From the NCBI GenBank assembly GCA_964016885.1, contig OZ024740.1:195610001-195674000 (forward strand): a stretch of DNA of 64,000 nucleotides, in the 5' to 3' direction. This stretch comes from Eledone cirrhosa (lineage: Eukaryota). The translations under genes and the position numbers were made by a program. Below are positions 28,311-42,510 of this stretch, piece by piece (within the stretch, counting starts at the first letter, position 1; every line of letters begins with the position of its first letter). The notes beneath the pieces are model-generated. The model made no database searches. It was given only the letters and a program-made list of their open reading frames with translations, and was not told the origin of the DNA.

Positions 28311-28957
28311 AAGAAATGAAAATGAAGCATGGCCGCAACAACAACAACAAAAAAATCACAGATAATCAATAATCTTGTGTGTCATCATAAAAATAGAGTT
28401 GCTGTTGTTGTTACTGTTATGCTTGACTGCATTGTTTATGAACGAAAATGGAACAAAAATACAGCAATAATGAGTAGAAAAACAGTTTGTTGATTGGGAG
28501 GGGGGGGGTCTTTTAACGGGGGAAGGGACGCTTTTGTTTTATTTGTTTATTTGACTTTTTTATGCTTTTTTTCTGAGGGGTCTTTTTTGTTCAAATTTGG
28601 CTTACTTGCAATATTTTCTTTTAAGGGGACAGGAGGTGAGATGGGGGGGAAGTGGTAAGTCAAATCATATCATGACTTGTTAAACAGTTTATTCTTCTAT
28701 AAAAGAGATTTTCGGTCTTTGCACATTACTTTAAACATAGCTGACATTGCCATCCAGAGAATTCTAAAATGTTTTGTTCTGCCAATGTTTTTACAACCAA
28801 ATATGTGTGTGTGTGTGTGTGTGTGTGCGTGAATGTGTGTATAGATATGTACATATGTGTGTATATATATGAACATATATATGTGTGTATATATATATAT
28901 ATATGTGTACATATATATTTGTATATGTACATGTGTGTGTATATATATATATATATA

Positions 28958-31330
28958 TCATCATAAATTTTACGTCCGCTTTTCTCTACTTGCAAGTGTG
29001 GGACGGGTCTTATTCAGCACAGCATCTCTCCACTTGACATGGTCCTTTGTCATCTCCACCGTGAGCTTCCGCGATCTGAGGTCTGTTCTCACCACCTCCG
29101 CCCATGTTTTTCGTGGTCTACCTCTACCACGTCTTCCTTCAACTGGCATTTCCTGGCACTTCTTCACCCATCGGTCATCCTCCATGCGCATCACATGTCC
29201 ATACCACCTCAGTCTCCTCTCTCACACTACATTCTATCCTTCTCAGACACAGTTTCTCTCTCAACACATTTATGCTGGGTCATTCATGCACATTGACATT
29301 GCACATCCAATGGAGCATGCTTGCCTCATTTCTCTCCAGCTGTCGCATATCCTCTGCAGTTGCTGCCCATGTCTCACTACCATGCAGCATTGCGCTCCTC
29401 ACACAGGCATCATATAACCGGCCTTTCATACGCAGAGGAAGAAGCTCCCTAAACTTCTTCCAACCCGTCCTTATTCTAGATATTATGGTCTCGGAACACC
29501 CCCTCCCATGCTAATCTGATCTCCTAGGTACCAGAAGCTATCTACCACTTCTATAGCACCCACCTGCATTTGAAAAATGTGTCTATCAATAAGACTTCTA
29601 CTGTCTAATTTCCCTGTACATCTACTGCATACGTATTTCTCTCTACCTGTTAGTTTGCCTGCTATCCCACTACATCTCTTGTGTACCCAGGATCTGCATT
29701 GTGTGCGTTTTATAGAATGTATGCCAGTTCCTTTTCTGCATATCGAACAAGGCCATTTCCCTGACGGAATCAGAGTTTTGTCCTATTTTCTACTCATCAA
29801 CACTTTTGTCTTAGCTAGGTTCACTCTCAGTCCTCTTGCTTCCAACTGCTGTTTCCATAGCCAGAATTTATTCTCCAGCTCCTCTACTGATTCTGCTATA
29901 AGAACCAGATCGTCAGCATAGAGAAGTTCCCATGGACAGCCAGTCTTAAACTCCTCTGTTATGGCTTGGAGGACTATAATGAACAATAGCGGGCTGAGGA
30001 CCAAACCTTGATGTACTCCTACTTGTATCTGGAATTCCTCACTAAACTCCATTCCTACCCTGACTTTACTGACAGTACCTCTGTACAAAGTTTGTACTGT
30101 CCTCACAAGCCATTCCTCAACACCTAGTTTCCTTAAGGACCACCAGATGACAGATCGGGGTACCCTATCAAAGGCCTTCTCTAGGTCAACAAAGGCTAAG
30201 TATAGTGGCTTATTTTTCTCTAAGAACCTCTCTTGCAATTGTCTCACCAAGAAGAGGGCATCTGTTGTACCAGACTCAAAACCAAACTGCATCTCATCTA
30301 GTTTGACCCTTTCTCTAATTAGTTGTGCTAATATCCTTTCTGCCACATGATCCATCAGTTTTATACCCCTATAATTGCTCCTCTCCAGAGCATCTCCTTT
30401 ACCTTTGTAGCAATTTATGAGAATACTGCTGCACTAGTCTTTGGGTATGACACCACCATATATAGCCTGATTGATGATGCGTACAACCAGTTTAGTGCTT
30501 ACGTCCCGATGCCTTCAGCATCTCAGCAACTATCACTGATGGTCCAGCAGCCTTATCATTTTACATTTCCTTAATCGCCTCTTGGATCCTATATTCGTCA
30601 ATCTCAATAGTTGGTCCCTCTGTCGGATCTACTGAGGGTAATTTCTCTCTCTCCCATTCGTTCTCCACATTCATCAGTCTCTCATAATGATATTTCCAGG
30701 CCTCCTTTTTCTGATCATTCATGACACTAAGTACACCGGCATCATTCCGGACGCATTTATCCCCAACAAACATCCTGATTTGCATTGACACACTGCCGTA
30801 CAATGTGGAACACCGCACGTCTCTGATCTTCCCGTCGCAGAACATTGGCAAACCTCCTACTCTCAGCCTCCCTGCGTGCTAAGTACACCTGACGTCTAGC
30901 TTCTCTCTTAGCGGCTGTATATCCTTCTCTACTCCCACCCTTTTTCCAAGTCTTCCATGCTAGTCTTTTGTCTCTAATGGCCTTATCTACTGTGCTGTTC
31001 CACCAACAGGTCACTCTCTGTCTGGTTGGAGCTCTGCTCCTGCCACAAGTTTCAACAGTAGCCTGCAGTAAGTTGTCACGTAAGAAATTCCAGTTATTAT
31101 CTATGTCATACGTCTCTAAATCGTCTTCTTTTTCGTCATACACATCTTGAAGGGCTTTCCTAAATTTGTATTTTAGTGAAAGGTCTTTTAGCTTCCAGAC
31201 CTTTCTTCTCCACACCTTCCTGTATGCCTCATTCCATCTCTTGCTTACTGAGATATCACTAACGACTAACCTATGCTGTGGGGTACATTCTTCCCCAGGG
31301 TTTGCCTTGGTATTAGACACCATCTACCTG
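28958..31330 (-). mobile_element. 5'-truncated RTE LINE with PHD-like finger (longest copy): APE end, RT and C-terminus, frameshifted
   Basis: [55 protein letters not shown]; GAT tail. Confidence 0.95.
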
Positions 31331-31854
31331 TCCCGCTGCCTAACTAGTATGGGTGATATTTGCACCAAATGATGTCATTTGGAATACATTATTGTACTTC
31401 TGGATATTTTGAAGAAAGTGTCTTGATTCAGTAGTTGTATCAGGTCTGAATACAGCAGATTTCTTCCAGGGAAAGATAGAAAATAAGAGAAACAAAGTGA
31501 GAGTGGTGGTGGTACCATAATAAAAAGCACTTAGTGCACCCTGTAAGGTGATAGTACTGGTGCCACAATAAAATACATCCAGTATATGCTATAAAGTGGT
31601 TGGCATTAGAAAGGGCATCCAGCCATAGAAATCATGCCAAAATCAGAACATATGAACAAGATATGGTCGCCCGACAGCTCTAGCCACAGACTGTGACAAC
31701 CCGACTAACCTATGCAAGCATGGAAAACCGATGATAATGATGAAAGACACACTACAAAGGCACCTAGAACAACTGAAATCATTTAATTAACTTTCCAATA
31801 TGTTTATATGATTTATATAATATTTAATGAGATAAAAACATCCTTGTGGACTTA

Positions 31855-32050
31855 CCACCTATACTTTAATATAAACTGATATGAATATAAGCTGATCCCA
31901 TTATTTTATGTTGGAGAAATGGGCAAAAATCCAAACCTTATTTACATAGAAAGGTTGGTGAAAATTGTCAAAATATTGACTCCAAATATAAGCCGACCCC
32001 ACTTCTACCATCAATTTATTTAGTCACATATTCCTCGGATATATAAGTTC
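31855..32050. mobile_element. Internally deleted relative of the 15169-15968 pogo-like element
   Basis: Reverse complement matches both ends of 15169-15968 (TTGCCCATTTCTC, AAATTGATGGTA, GTCAATATTTTG). Confidence 0.65.
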
Positions 32051-34416
32051 CATATGAGCAAGACACAGTCACCTGACTCAACTTGTCTCAAATGTGACAA
32101 CCCAGCTAACCCATGCTAGCGTGGAAAGTGGACATTAAACAATGATGATGATGATGAGTTTCAAAGAATTTCCCTCCTACATGCATTCTATTTAGAATAG
32201 CAAATGTTCTAATGAATGACAGTTTTCTAGAGACTTGAGAAAATATCATGGGATTTATTTGTTTTTGATATTCTGTTGTATATTATATAATATCTTTTTC
32301 CAACATGTTTTATCATCAACACCAAATCTAATATTACACAAACGAAAACATTGATTACAGCTAGAAAATAGCTGAAAGTATAAACCATGTGGTGAAAATA
32401 TTTTGAAAAGTTGTAAATTAAGATATCTGATATATAATTTGAATGACAATAAGATACATAAGTTGGCTAAAATCCATTCCAGAACAGATAAAAATTCTGC
32501 CTGCTCAACTTTTACTTTTTCTTTTGTTGTAGTTTTTTTCAATCAGATTGTGTGGGGGGGGGGGGGGGGGGTATGTGTTTATGTGTGTTTCTATATGTGG
32601 GTGTGTGTTTGTGGATATACGTGGGTGTGGTGTGTGGGTGTGCATATGTGTGTGGTTATGTGCGTGTGAATGTGTAGGTGTGGGTGTGGGTGAATGTGGG
32701 TATGTGAATGTGCCCATGTGTAAATGGGTGTGTGAGTATGTCTGTGTGAATGTGAGTGTATGCGTGTGAATGGAGGTGGGGATTAATATATCCTACAATA
32801 AAACACTGATGAGATATCAGATTATCATTATCATTAGCAGAACATCACGTATTTGGTATTGTTTATACCATAATCCTACCAATTCCATCAGCAACACCAG
32901 CATTTTCACATCTGTTTTCCACGTAGGTGTGTGTTGGCCAGGTTGCCACTTTCCAAGTCAGTTATTCAAAATTATTGACCTCCTAGCTGGGTCTGATAAT
33001 CATGTCCTGTTTGTACACTCCATATTTTTCACATACTTTCCACAGCTGGATGTCCTTCTTAACACCAACCACTTTATCAATTCATTCCAAGCCTCCAGGA
33101 AATTTTCCGGGTTGGGGAGAGGAAATTAACCCTATTTGTACCAATCTGGCCAAAACTGGCTCTCATTCTATGAAACAAAACCAGCCTTTTTAAGAGTTCC
33201 TATTTAAATTAAAATCTTCCAACATAATTTATATAAGAACCATATGTCAAGTTACTATCTCAGTAATGAAATGACTAGCAATTTTAATAAATCCGTCAAA
33301 ATTATTCATTAATTAGTTAAAACCAGCAGACTTCAAGATTTGTGGCAAAAACATACAGGTTTTAAAAATATACATGTCCCCACCTTTTCAACAGTGCTGC
33401 TGTCTTTATTCAACTAGAATGAAGCTTGTTATTGCTTGTTATTGTTGAAGAAATATGGCATTACTGATAAATGAAGGGCAAGGTGTTTTTAGAACACATT
33501 TACTGTGACATTTGTGGTCTGTATGTACATATATACATATAAATATATATATATAGAGAGAGAAGGTAAAGGAGGGAGGAAGGATGATTATTGGTGTGTG
33601 TATCCAGTTTGGATTAGGTATAATGTATGCCTATGTATCATAAAAGATGACCAAAAGGGTTGGTGTCAGGCAGGACACCCTATGATGTGTATAAAACCTG
33701 TCATGTCCGATAAGCTAACACCTGTTTTAGTAGGGAAAATGGCTTTAAAAAGTTTGATGTTAAATAAATAAATAAATAAATACAATAAATAAATAAATAC
33801 AACTATTAATGGTGACACAGCTAAGGTCAACACCAAGAGAGAAAGAAAGAAAACTACGGACAAAAATGTGAACTTTTCTCTATATATATGTATGTAAAAA
33901 AAATTTTTTTCCCATATTCTTATTGTTCTTAATATGCAATTTAATTGCATTATGCACTTCCGTTGTATAAAGAAGCCTACAAGCTGAAACCGCTACAAAT
34001 AATGCGGAAATTCCGATTTTGTAAATAAATGTTTTGCTGTTATTCTGAGAGAAAATCCCTTTAGCATTTTCTAGTTTTTTTTCTGTTATATATATATATA
34101 TAGATATAAAATTGAAAAAGTGGAGAATAACATGGTCAACAGTAGAAAAAAGGAGATTTATTTAAAGTCTAACAATTGTTTTACTGATAGAGTTGTCTAA
34201 AAATTGCTAAACACTGAAAGTAGTCCCACTTAATTTAAAATACATGTTGGCTCCATCATATCTTCAGATAAACTTATATGGGAATACAAGTGAAATCATA
34301 AACTCGTCATCTACGTAAACCTCTTGTTGAGTCAAACAAAGCCGTACGCTAAAACTATCCATGATAAGAAGTATTCACAACCTCTAACTGGATTACCTAT
34401 AACGATATTTTGTTAT

Positions 34417-34464
<48 letters not shown>

Positions 34465-34465
34465 C

Positions 34466-34848
34466 TTCATCTCCATTTCAGAGATGTCTGCAGGAGGGAT
34501 ATGAAGTCAATTGACCTAGACACCTGAAGATGGAAGGAGGTTGCTAATGACTGCCCATGGTGGAGATGAGTACCGAGCAGAGGGATGGAGCTGGAGGAAG
34601 AGAAACTGAAACTTGCCTCTGGGGAAAAGCGTGCGTGAAACAGTACAACACAGTAGCACCGGAGGAGAGCATCTACAAATGTAGTTGCTGTATACAGGAC
34701 TTCCACTCTCGTGAGGGCCTGTACAACCACAGCAGACAGATACTGCAGTGCCATCAGCAGCTGACACAAAATTCTCCAGGTGCAGATCCATGGTCTTTCA
34801 AGACCAACGGATGCAAGTAATAATAATAATAATTATAATAATAATAAT
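34466..34848 (+). mobile_element. RTE/BovB-like LINE 3' end with C-terminal CxxC...H motif and (TAA)n tail
   Basis: HFRDVCRRDMKSIDLDT*RWKEVAND..; YKCSCCIQDFHSREGLYNHSR. Confidence 0.85.
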
Positions 34849-34895
34849 GGTTTCTTAAAAGGGCAAACAGAGTATATCGAGGTATGCACTGAAGT

Positions 34896-36120
34896 TCATA
34901 CTCCCATCTGGCCCACCGCCACTCCCAAACAGTTGAGCAAAGTGCTGCTGAAAGCCTCACACATCTGCTCGGGTTCGAGTAACATGTGCCCGTTTTGGTC
35001 AGGCAAGGATTGAATTGTGGCTTTGTTACCACGTCGCGCCTCCATCACCTGGGCCCATTGGACAGCTTTTGACCCCTCTTGTCTCAGAGCATGGGCTCTA
35101 GCTCTGACAACGCAGCCTTCGTGCTTTGCATTGAAGAATTGGTCGAGTACTAATCTTGCCGTAAGCACGTCGGTGCGATGCCTGTCCTAAACGCCTCTTC
35201 TAGATTTCTAACTAGCTCTCCTTCTACTCTATTTTCCTCTATCTTTACTCCTTTGCTAAACCTTATTGATTCTACTCTAATTGCCCTTTTCAGGGTAAAC
35301 CACCACCTCTTGTTGACGATCGCACGCTTAACTAATTCGCTTATCCGGTCTCTGTAAGCTTTGCGCACCGGGAAAGATACGTTCAGCTTCCAGTAACCAG
35401 GTCCTTGCCTATGAAGTCTATCTAAGTGGACTTCACAGATCACAAATATGTGGTCCGAGTAGCCGACTACTTTAAATTGTGGACAACCTACGCTAGCCTT
35501 ATCTGTTTCCCTACACAATACCCTATCTAGATACGATCAGGATGACCCGTTGCGGTTTGCCCATATCCACATTGGCACATTCGGATAATCCAGTTGATAC
35601 CTGTCAGACAGTTGAAAACGTCTGAGCATGTTGGTGAGGCTTTTAGATCCTCCTCCCTTATTTACTAGCCCCACATAATCCCAGCGTGCATCTAAGATAC
35701 CATTCCAGTCACCCACTAGCACTAAAGAGCGGGACGTTCCAAGAAAGGTCTCTAGACGTCTGAAGAAATCTGGCCCTCCTGCCCCTGTTGGGGCGTAGAC
35801 GGCTACTTGCCTAAAAGCATTGCCTTCGCTACCTATCACGTCCAGTACCACCGACTTACCTTCTGGGTCCAGGAAGATAGCCCGTATGGTGAGATCCAAG
35901 CCGAAAAAGCACAGCAACTCCGTCGCCCGGACAGCTGGGAGATGCATATACATCGTAGCCGCCAAGGATCGGTGCGAAGTCTCGTCCTTGGGAAATTCTG
36001 GTCTCGCTGATGGCCACCACATCTATGTTTAGTGACCTGAGATCGTTAAGCAGGTGGCCCTGCTTCCATGATGACCCCCAGGCCACGTACATTTATGCTG
36101 CCTATTCTAAGTAAGGCCAT
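34896..36120 (-). pseudogene. ORF2 N-terminal APE endonuclease, disrupted and truncated before RT
   Basis: MALLRIGSINVRGL, DVVAISET, VAVYAP, LVGDWN, YSDH, GPGYWKLN, EGCVVRAR. Confidence 0.9.
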
Positions 36121-36200
36121 GTGAGGAATGGAGTAAGTGAGAAAGGATCACCTACCCTGATCGTGTGAGGAAGGGACAGTTGAACCATCCCTTTGGCTGG

Positions 36201-38199
36201 TCATGGGTGTCTCCAAGATGATGTCAGTGTATATCCTTTTGGTAACTGCCCTCTGAAGTCTCCAACTGCGTTGGAGAATTTTTCTTTTAAATGTTTGTAA
36301 TGTTCTATTTTAATTTCAATAATGCTTATATTTTTCAGGAGAGTTCTTGGTGTTGGTGGGGTGGAGTAATTTTTGTCCGTAATGTCTGTGTGCTGCTTTA
36401 TATGTTCTAAGAGTTCTTTATTTGCCAAGTTTATGGCTGTGTAATGTTTTTGGGGTGGTTTGGTTTTGTTGCTGTCTTCTTGTTGCTGCTGTTGGGTATG
36501 CTTGTCTTGTTGTGTTTGCGATGTTGATGTTTGTGGTGATGGTGGTGGTGTGGTGGTTGTTGGTGGTGATGGTGGTGGCGTTGCTGCGAGTCGCCTTGCA
36601 GCCTTTACCCCTCTTTGTTTGCCTTCACTTTTGGAGGGTGAAGCTAAGCAGTTTTTTCTTTTTTGCGGCAGACCGTTTGCCACTTCACTCCCACCTCAGA
36701 CTCCATGTCGGATTCTGTGGCGTCTGGGAGGGGTATGTGCGCCACAGCTGTTGGTGGTGGTAGTGGAGGCTTCTCCAGCGATTTTGTTGCTGGTGCAGCT
36801 ACTGCAAATGTAGCTACTGATGTTGCCGCCACTGATGCTGTTGCTTTAGTTGTCCGTGGCCTTGGTACGGGTGCCACGGACGTTGCCCTCCTACTCACTG
36901 TGGAAGGGTCTTCTGCCTTTGTTGCCTGCTCTGCTCTTGGTAGCAGCGGACCAGGCATTGGAAGGAGGGGGGGGCCTTCTTCTTCGCTGTTTCTGTGGGC
37001 AAAAGGGCCTGAGGTGACCCTTTGACCCACAGAGATAACATTTTGGGCGTCTTCCTTCCACGCTTATAGGGAGTTGGAGTCCTTCCTTGAGGTCTATGAT
37101 ATCGGGAATAGCGTCGATACACTCCTGGTCAGTTTGTATAAGCATTTGCATGCCTATACCTGACCAGTTCTCTCTCCCTATTTTCTCTACTTGCAGCATG
37201 GTCATCCTGTCCTCGATTCCAGCAAGGACAGACGCGGCCAGCCAAGGTATGAGCATGCCAGGTGGGACCTAGGTCACTTTGACCCTCACAATTTTCTGCC
37301 CGCAGTAGGAGGGCACCAAGACTATCTCCTCACTCTTTAGGGTTTCCAAAGAGTGAGACTTCACGTCTTGGGGGGTAGCGACAAGTACGTCCACTGTGGC
37401 ATTCTTTCTGCCTCGGGTGATGTGGGTTTTGCGCGCCCAGACGCACCCCAAGGCCTTTTGGATTTGAGCCTCCGTGGCTCTCTCCACTCGATGTGAGATG
37501 TTGCTTACGGTGCGGTAAGTCACCGTCCGAAGCTGCTGGTCCTTGAAAATATCGGGTGGAGGTTTCAAGGAAACTCTATTGGCGCTTCTTGTCACCATGG
37601 CCCTTGCGACTGCCATCTCCTCCTCTGTGACTAACACTGTTTCGATATTTCGGGCCACACCTGCAAAAGAAGTGGTCCCTTTTTCAGCAGCACCACTATT
37701 GCTGCCGCTACTGGTCTTACTGGTGGTGCTGAGATCGCTGTTACAGGTATCCATGTCATTGTTGATGTTTTCGTTGGTACAGTTGTTGCTGTTATTGTTG
37801 TCATTGTTGTTGTTTTCGTTGATACTGTTGCTGTTGTTACTGTAATTGTGGCTGTTGTTATTGTTGTTTTTGTTGATACTGTTCCTACTATTATTGTTGT
37901 TGTGGCTGTTGTTATTGTCATTGTTATTGTCGTTTTCGGCCTTACCACTGCTATTTTTGTTGTTGCTGTTGTTATTGATGGTGTTGTTGTTGGTGTTATT
38001 GTTGGTGTTGTTTGTGTTAGAAATATTTGGTAATTTTAAATCTGTAACAATATCATTAAAAATGATATTGTTCCTCTTTTCCTTCGTAATATTTTCTTTT
38101 ATATTTACCTTCGCTAGAACGCTGTCTTGTTGATATGTTGACAAAGTCTCCCTCTCTCTCTGTTGTCTGACAGCGCTCTCTCTCTCTTGTGTTATCCAT
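36201..38199 (-). pseudogene. ORF1 (gag-like): Asn-rich N-terminus, RRM-like core, CCHC zinc knuckle, Pro/Thr/Gln-rich tail; disrupted
   Basis: ORF pieces 37269-38144, 36891-37256 (RPKCYLCGSKGHLRPFC), 36644-37030 and 36201-36683; one stop and several frameshifts. Confidence 0.85.
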
Positions 38200-38403
38200 A
38201 TTGAAAGAAATTTTTTTTTTTTTCAAATAATATTTTACTCCGTAAAGGGGTGCCGTATTATTTACGAGTGAACCCGTGTTAGGTGGGTCACTTCTTCTAA
38301 ACTTTTATCAAGTTTAAAACTTGAATAAAAGGTTAAGAACGGTTGAAAACGAGGTACACTGTTGAAAAAAACTAGAGCCGATAAGAAACGTGGCTTCACC
38401 TTC

Positions 38404-38440
<37 letters not shown>

Positions 38441-38450
38441 TATATATATA

Positions 38451-39022
38451 GCTGTATAACAAAGTGCAGGGCAATAAAGATAGACGGTAGCCACGGAATA
38501 GGCAGACCCAGAAAAACCTGGGACGAGCTGATAAATTCTGACCTCACACACTTACACCTCTCCAAGACAATGTCACTGGACCGAGACCTTTGGCGGTACT
38601 CAGTAATAGAGAAGACCCGCCTTACCTAAATACATAGTAAAACCTACTACAGTCAGTAGGCATCTCTAACAAAATACACCCCCGTCCCACCACCCCCACC
38701 CCATCCACACCGCCCCTTTCAATGTAAAGTTATGTTGGTGCCACAACATCCAGGCCGAAACAAATGAGATCGTGTAGGTGTCACGACAAAAAAACACACA
38801 GTCCACGCTGTAATGTGGCCGTGTAGGCAACACGGTAAAAACCTCCCAGTCCCACACTGTAAATGTGGTTGGTGTTAGGAAGGGCATCCAGCTGTAGAAA
38901 ACCCGCCAGACAGTCCTATGCGAGCAAGACAATCACTCTTGCCTCAAGTGGGAAAACCCCCGTCCAAACCCATGCAAGCGTGGAACACGGACGTTAAACG
39001 TTGATGATGATGATGATGATGA
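38451..39022 (+). mobile_element. RTE-type LINE 3' end with long 3' UTR and (GAT)n tail
   Basis: CITKCRAIKIDGSHGIGRPRKTWDELINSDL..DRDLWRYSVIEKTRLT*; the UTR carries the SINE-shared GGTTGGTGTTAGGAAGGGCATCCAGC block. Confidence 0.9.
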
Positions 39023-39553
39023 TATATGAAGGGAATGGAGAGTCAAGAAAAGGGAATTAAAAATCCAGTGATATGAAGCCAAAAGAGATAGTATTCTTTC
39101 TACCATATTTCTACATGCAACTGTTAAACCAGATGTTTTAAGCAGGGCTCAATGCCAGCACATATTAAGTTACTAAAACTGACACTCTGCCAACTGTATC
39201 AAAATCAAGTTATGAATATTGTTGTCACCCAACAGTTTATTGATTTCTATATTTAAGAGACAATATTTATGTTATAATCATGATGCACCTTTCATTTCAG
39301 TGATTCACACCATTTTCATCTTTTTTTTTTTTTTAACTTGCCAAAATATAAATATCTTTTAAACTTGGTTTCAATTTATCTTCCTTAGAATTCAATATAT
39401 TTTTCCATCCACCAATATTATTTCATCCACCAAGGGTGTCATTAAACTGTTAACAACAGATTTACATTCTTATCACTAAGAAATCTTTCACATATGCCCA
39501 ACACCTTACTACCTAAAATCTTTTTATGTTGAATAAGATCAAAGGTAGACTGA

Positions 39554-39585
<32 letters not shown>

Positions 39586-39819
39586 TCCTTGAAGTCTGAC
39601 TATTTATTACATTGAGTTCAATAACTACTAAAGCTAAAAATTTTATTTCATCTTCAATTTAGAAGCTGTGCAAAGTTTGTGGATTTCTTACACACACACA
39701 CACACCAAAGCACTGCTTCCAGACTAACAACATTGTCCTTTAGTCAACAAATATTTTTCATATGATGAATACAATTTGTTCTTGGTGGGGTATACCATTC
39801 CATTTTTTTAAATACTACT

Positions 39820-39945
39820 ATCATCATCATCATCATCAACTTCATCATCCTCACCATCCTCATCATCCTCTCCATCATCATCATCATCATCATCACCTCT
39901 ATAATTTTCATCATCAACATCATCAACACCATCATCATCATCGCC
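39820..39945. repeat. Degenerate (ATC)n repeat
   Basis: Direct observation. Confidence 0.9.
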
Positions 39946-41179
39946 ATGTCTTCAACAGTTTCCTGCAAGCCTTAACTGTATCAGCATGTGTTCCTCCATG
40001 TTCCTGAGATGTATTCAGCAATGTCTTTCACAATATAAGATAGTGTTTATATGTTGCATATTTTACATTATTTTCTTTCTGTTGTTTCTACTCTTACTTT
40101 ACTGTTTTGCCAGTTTATTACGTAGAATTGAGTTGAGTTACTTTGTTGATGGTTTTTTGTTTTTTTTTGTTCTGTATTTTACATTGCAATTTGTGGACAA
40201 TAGTGTCGCGGGTTACTGGTTTCCAGAAGGCCAATCATTGGTTCACTGTATTATTTATGGCAAAAACAACAACAGTCTGTATGTAACTGAGTGCAGAAAA
40301 TAATATATCAAGGGATTTTGCTTGTAAAGTACCATTTGTTTCTGAAATACATTGGTAAAAAATATACACACACATGTCTCCATACACAGACACACACATT
40401 TCCCTGGTAAAAGATATACACACATAAACACACACACACACACCCATACACAAACACACACATCCACACAAATATATACACACACATCAACACACACACA
40501 CACATACATATTACTGGTAAAATATATACACACAAACACACACACACCCAAACACACACACAGAGAAATACACACATACATACCATTGGTTAAAGATATA
40601 CACACAAACACACACACCCATACACAGAAACACACACACACACACATACACACATACATACACATACAAATCCAGTGTCCTAGCATTACTTGATAACTTG
40701 TGGAGTTAAGTTGAACAGCCATTGACATTGTTGACAATGGTATTATCATTATCAGAAGTAATTATTATTGTTGTTGTTGTTATCAGTATATATAAAAAAA
40801 ATATATTTGAAATCATAATTATTATCATTAGTGCGTTGTGCCAATGTGAAAACTAATTACTATTATTATTGGTGGTGGTGGTGGTGTTGTTATATCTGAG
40901 AAATTATTCAATTTTCGAAATGTAAGAAATTATTATTATCATCATTATTAATTTTGTCATTATTTGAGCTGTAGGAGGGTGAGCAGAGCATGGGGGGAGG
41001 GTGCAATAAAGAAAAAAGCAATTACATAAACTTCCACCAATTGTTAGAAGAGTTGTAATTTTAATTTTCCACACATGCACTCTTAAGAATATTGTAAACA
41101 TTTACTAAGAAACAGAGAAAAATCTAAGAAGGAACATGAAGAGGAGAGAAGATAGAGAAAGGTGGAGAAGGAATAAGAG

Positions 41180-41217
<38 letters not shown>

Positions 41218-41719
41218 ATAAGGAAGAAATAGAAACTGACTTTTTAAATTTGTTTGCTTCACATTAATGAAAATATAATTAGTAACCAAACCAAAACTTA
41301 GTTGGAACGTGGAAAAACAGGAATCAAAGTTTTCAAAATAAGAAAGCAGACCATTTCAAAAAAATAATAAACAAATAAGAATTTAAATCATTTTTAAAAT
41401 GGAAAAAAATAAAAGGATATATAAATTGCTAGTAAATTTTCAGAATTTGTGAAAAAAAGTTTTTAAAAATTATCATCATCATCCTTTTTATGTCCATTTT
41501 TCTGTGCTTGTTTGGGTTTAATTATTTCTAATTTAGACACAGGGCCAGCAATTTGAAGAGAGAGGTTACTCAAATTGACCTCAGTACTTGACTGGTACTA
41601 TATTTTATCAACCATAGAGAGATGAAAGACAAAGTTGTCTTAAATGAGATTTGAACTTGAAATGTAAAAAGCTGAGAACAACTTAATTGTTTGCCTTTCA
41701 TTCCACTCTGGCTATCCTT

Positions 41720-42510
41720 ATAGCTATGACTGGTTGTGCACTGAAATCAACAGTAGCATCATCATGAACTATTGTCTTCACCTCTAGAGCCTGCTGTTGT
41801 TGTTGCTGCCTCATTTGTTGTCTGCTACCATACTCCTTCTCTTTCACATTTCCATCTCTGAGCAAAAGGACCTCAAATTTTTTGCATCAACACATGTAGC
41901 AACAGGGCCTTTTGACCTTGACAGCTAGTCCCATTGACTAGCTCTCAGCTTCTGTAATAAAGTACAACTGAAAGAGAGCCTAGTGGTCTTTGAGGTTAAG
42001 ATCAGGATGTCCATCCAGTCCCTACCCAACCACATGTTACTGGGCAACCGCTGTGTTCCCTACATGTTTGTAATATACTGCAAAGAAGATAAGCCCAAAC
42101 TCAATGTTAGTACAATATCTCTGGCTGTAACATCCATGTTCCTTTTTTCCATACACTGCAGTACCATTTTGTGAGCAGGTGCATGGAGCAACAACTCCAC
42201 CAATATCCTCACCATGTCCTCACTCTTAAAAACTTAGGCACAGGTTTCCATATTCCAGCCCCAGTCAATGAAGCACACATCCTGCCACACATCAGCTAGA
42301 GCTTCCTCCAACTTTTCATTTGAGGACATATGGAAATACTCATTTGAATTTTGTTTTTTAAGCAGAGATATGTCACCTTCTTCCTTACTCTTTCTTTGGT
42401 AAATTTCTAGAGTAAGGAGTCACTCTCTTTTGTGACAAATATCTTCCAAATTGTTATTGGTAACAGTGTTTTTGTAGTTGTCATTTAAGTTAACATTGTC
42501 TTCACTTTTT
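41720..42510 (-). pseudogene. Decayed ORF1 of a second, diverged Tx1-like element
   Basis: EKLEEALADVWQDVCFIDWGWNMETC aligns by eye with EAQIQKALGCVWARKTHITRGRKNATV; RPCCYMC..NLRSFCS aligns with RPKCYLC..HLRPFCP. Confidence 0.65.

Larger units (their letters stand above)
34849..38403 (-). mobile_element. Tx1/L1-clade non-LTR element: 5' UTR, ORF1 and APE part of ORF2, with RT absent
   Basis: Two-ORF layout, CCHC knuckle, APE motifs followed by GPGYWKLN; (AAT)n on both sides. Confidence 0.9.

Noticed and set aside
28003-28311. Lys/Glu/Arg-rich ORF
   Set aside because: Polypurine simple repeat
31845-31865. Minus-strand GTG|GTAAGT donor
   Set aside because: Coincides with the decayed TIR end of a pogo-like element
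39744-39990. Asp-rich, His-rich or Met-rich ORF
   Set aside because: (ATC)n repeat; the acidic frame has a stop immediately upstream
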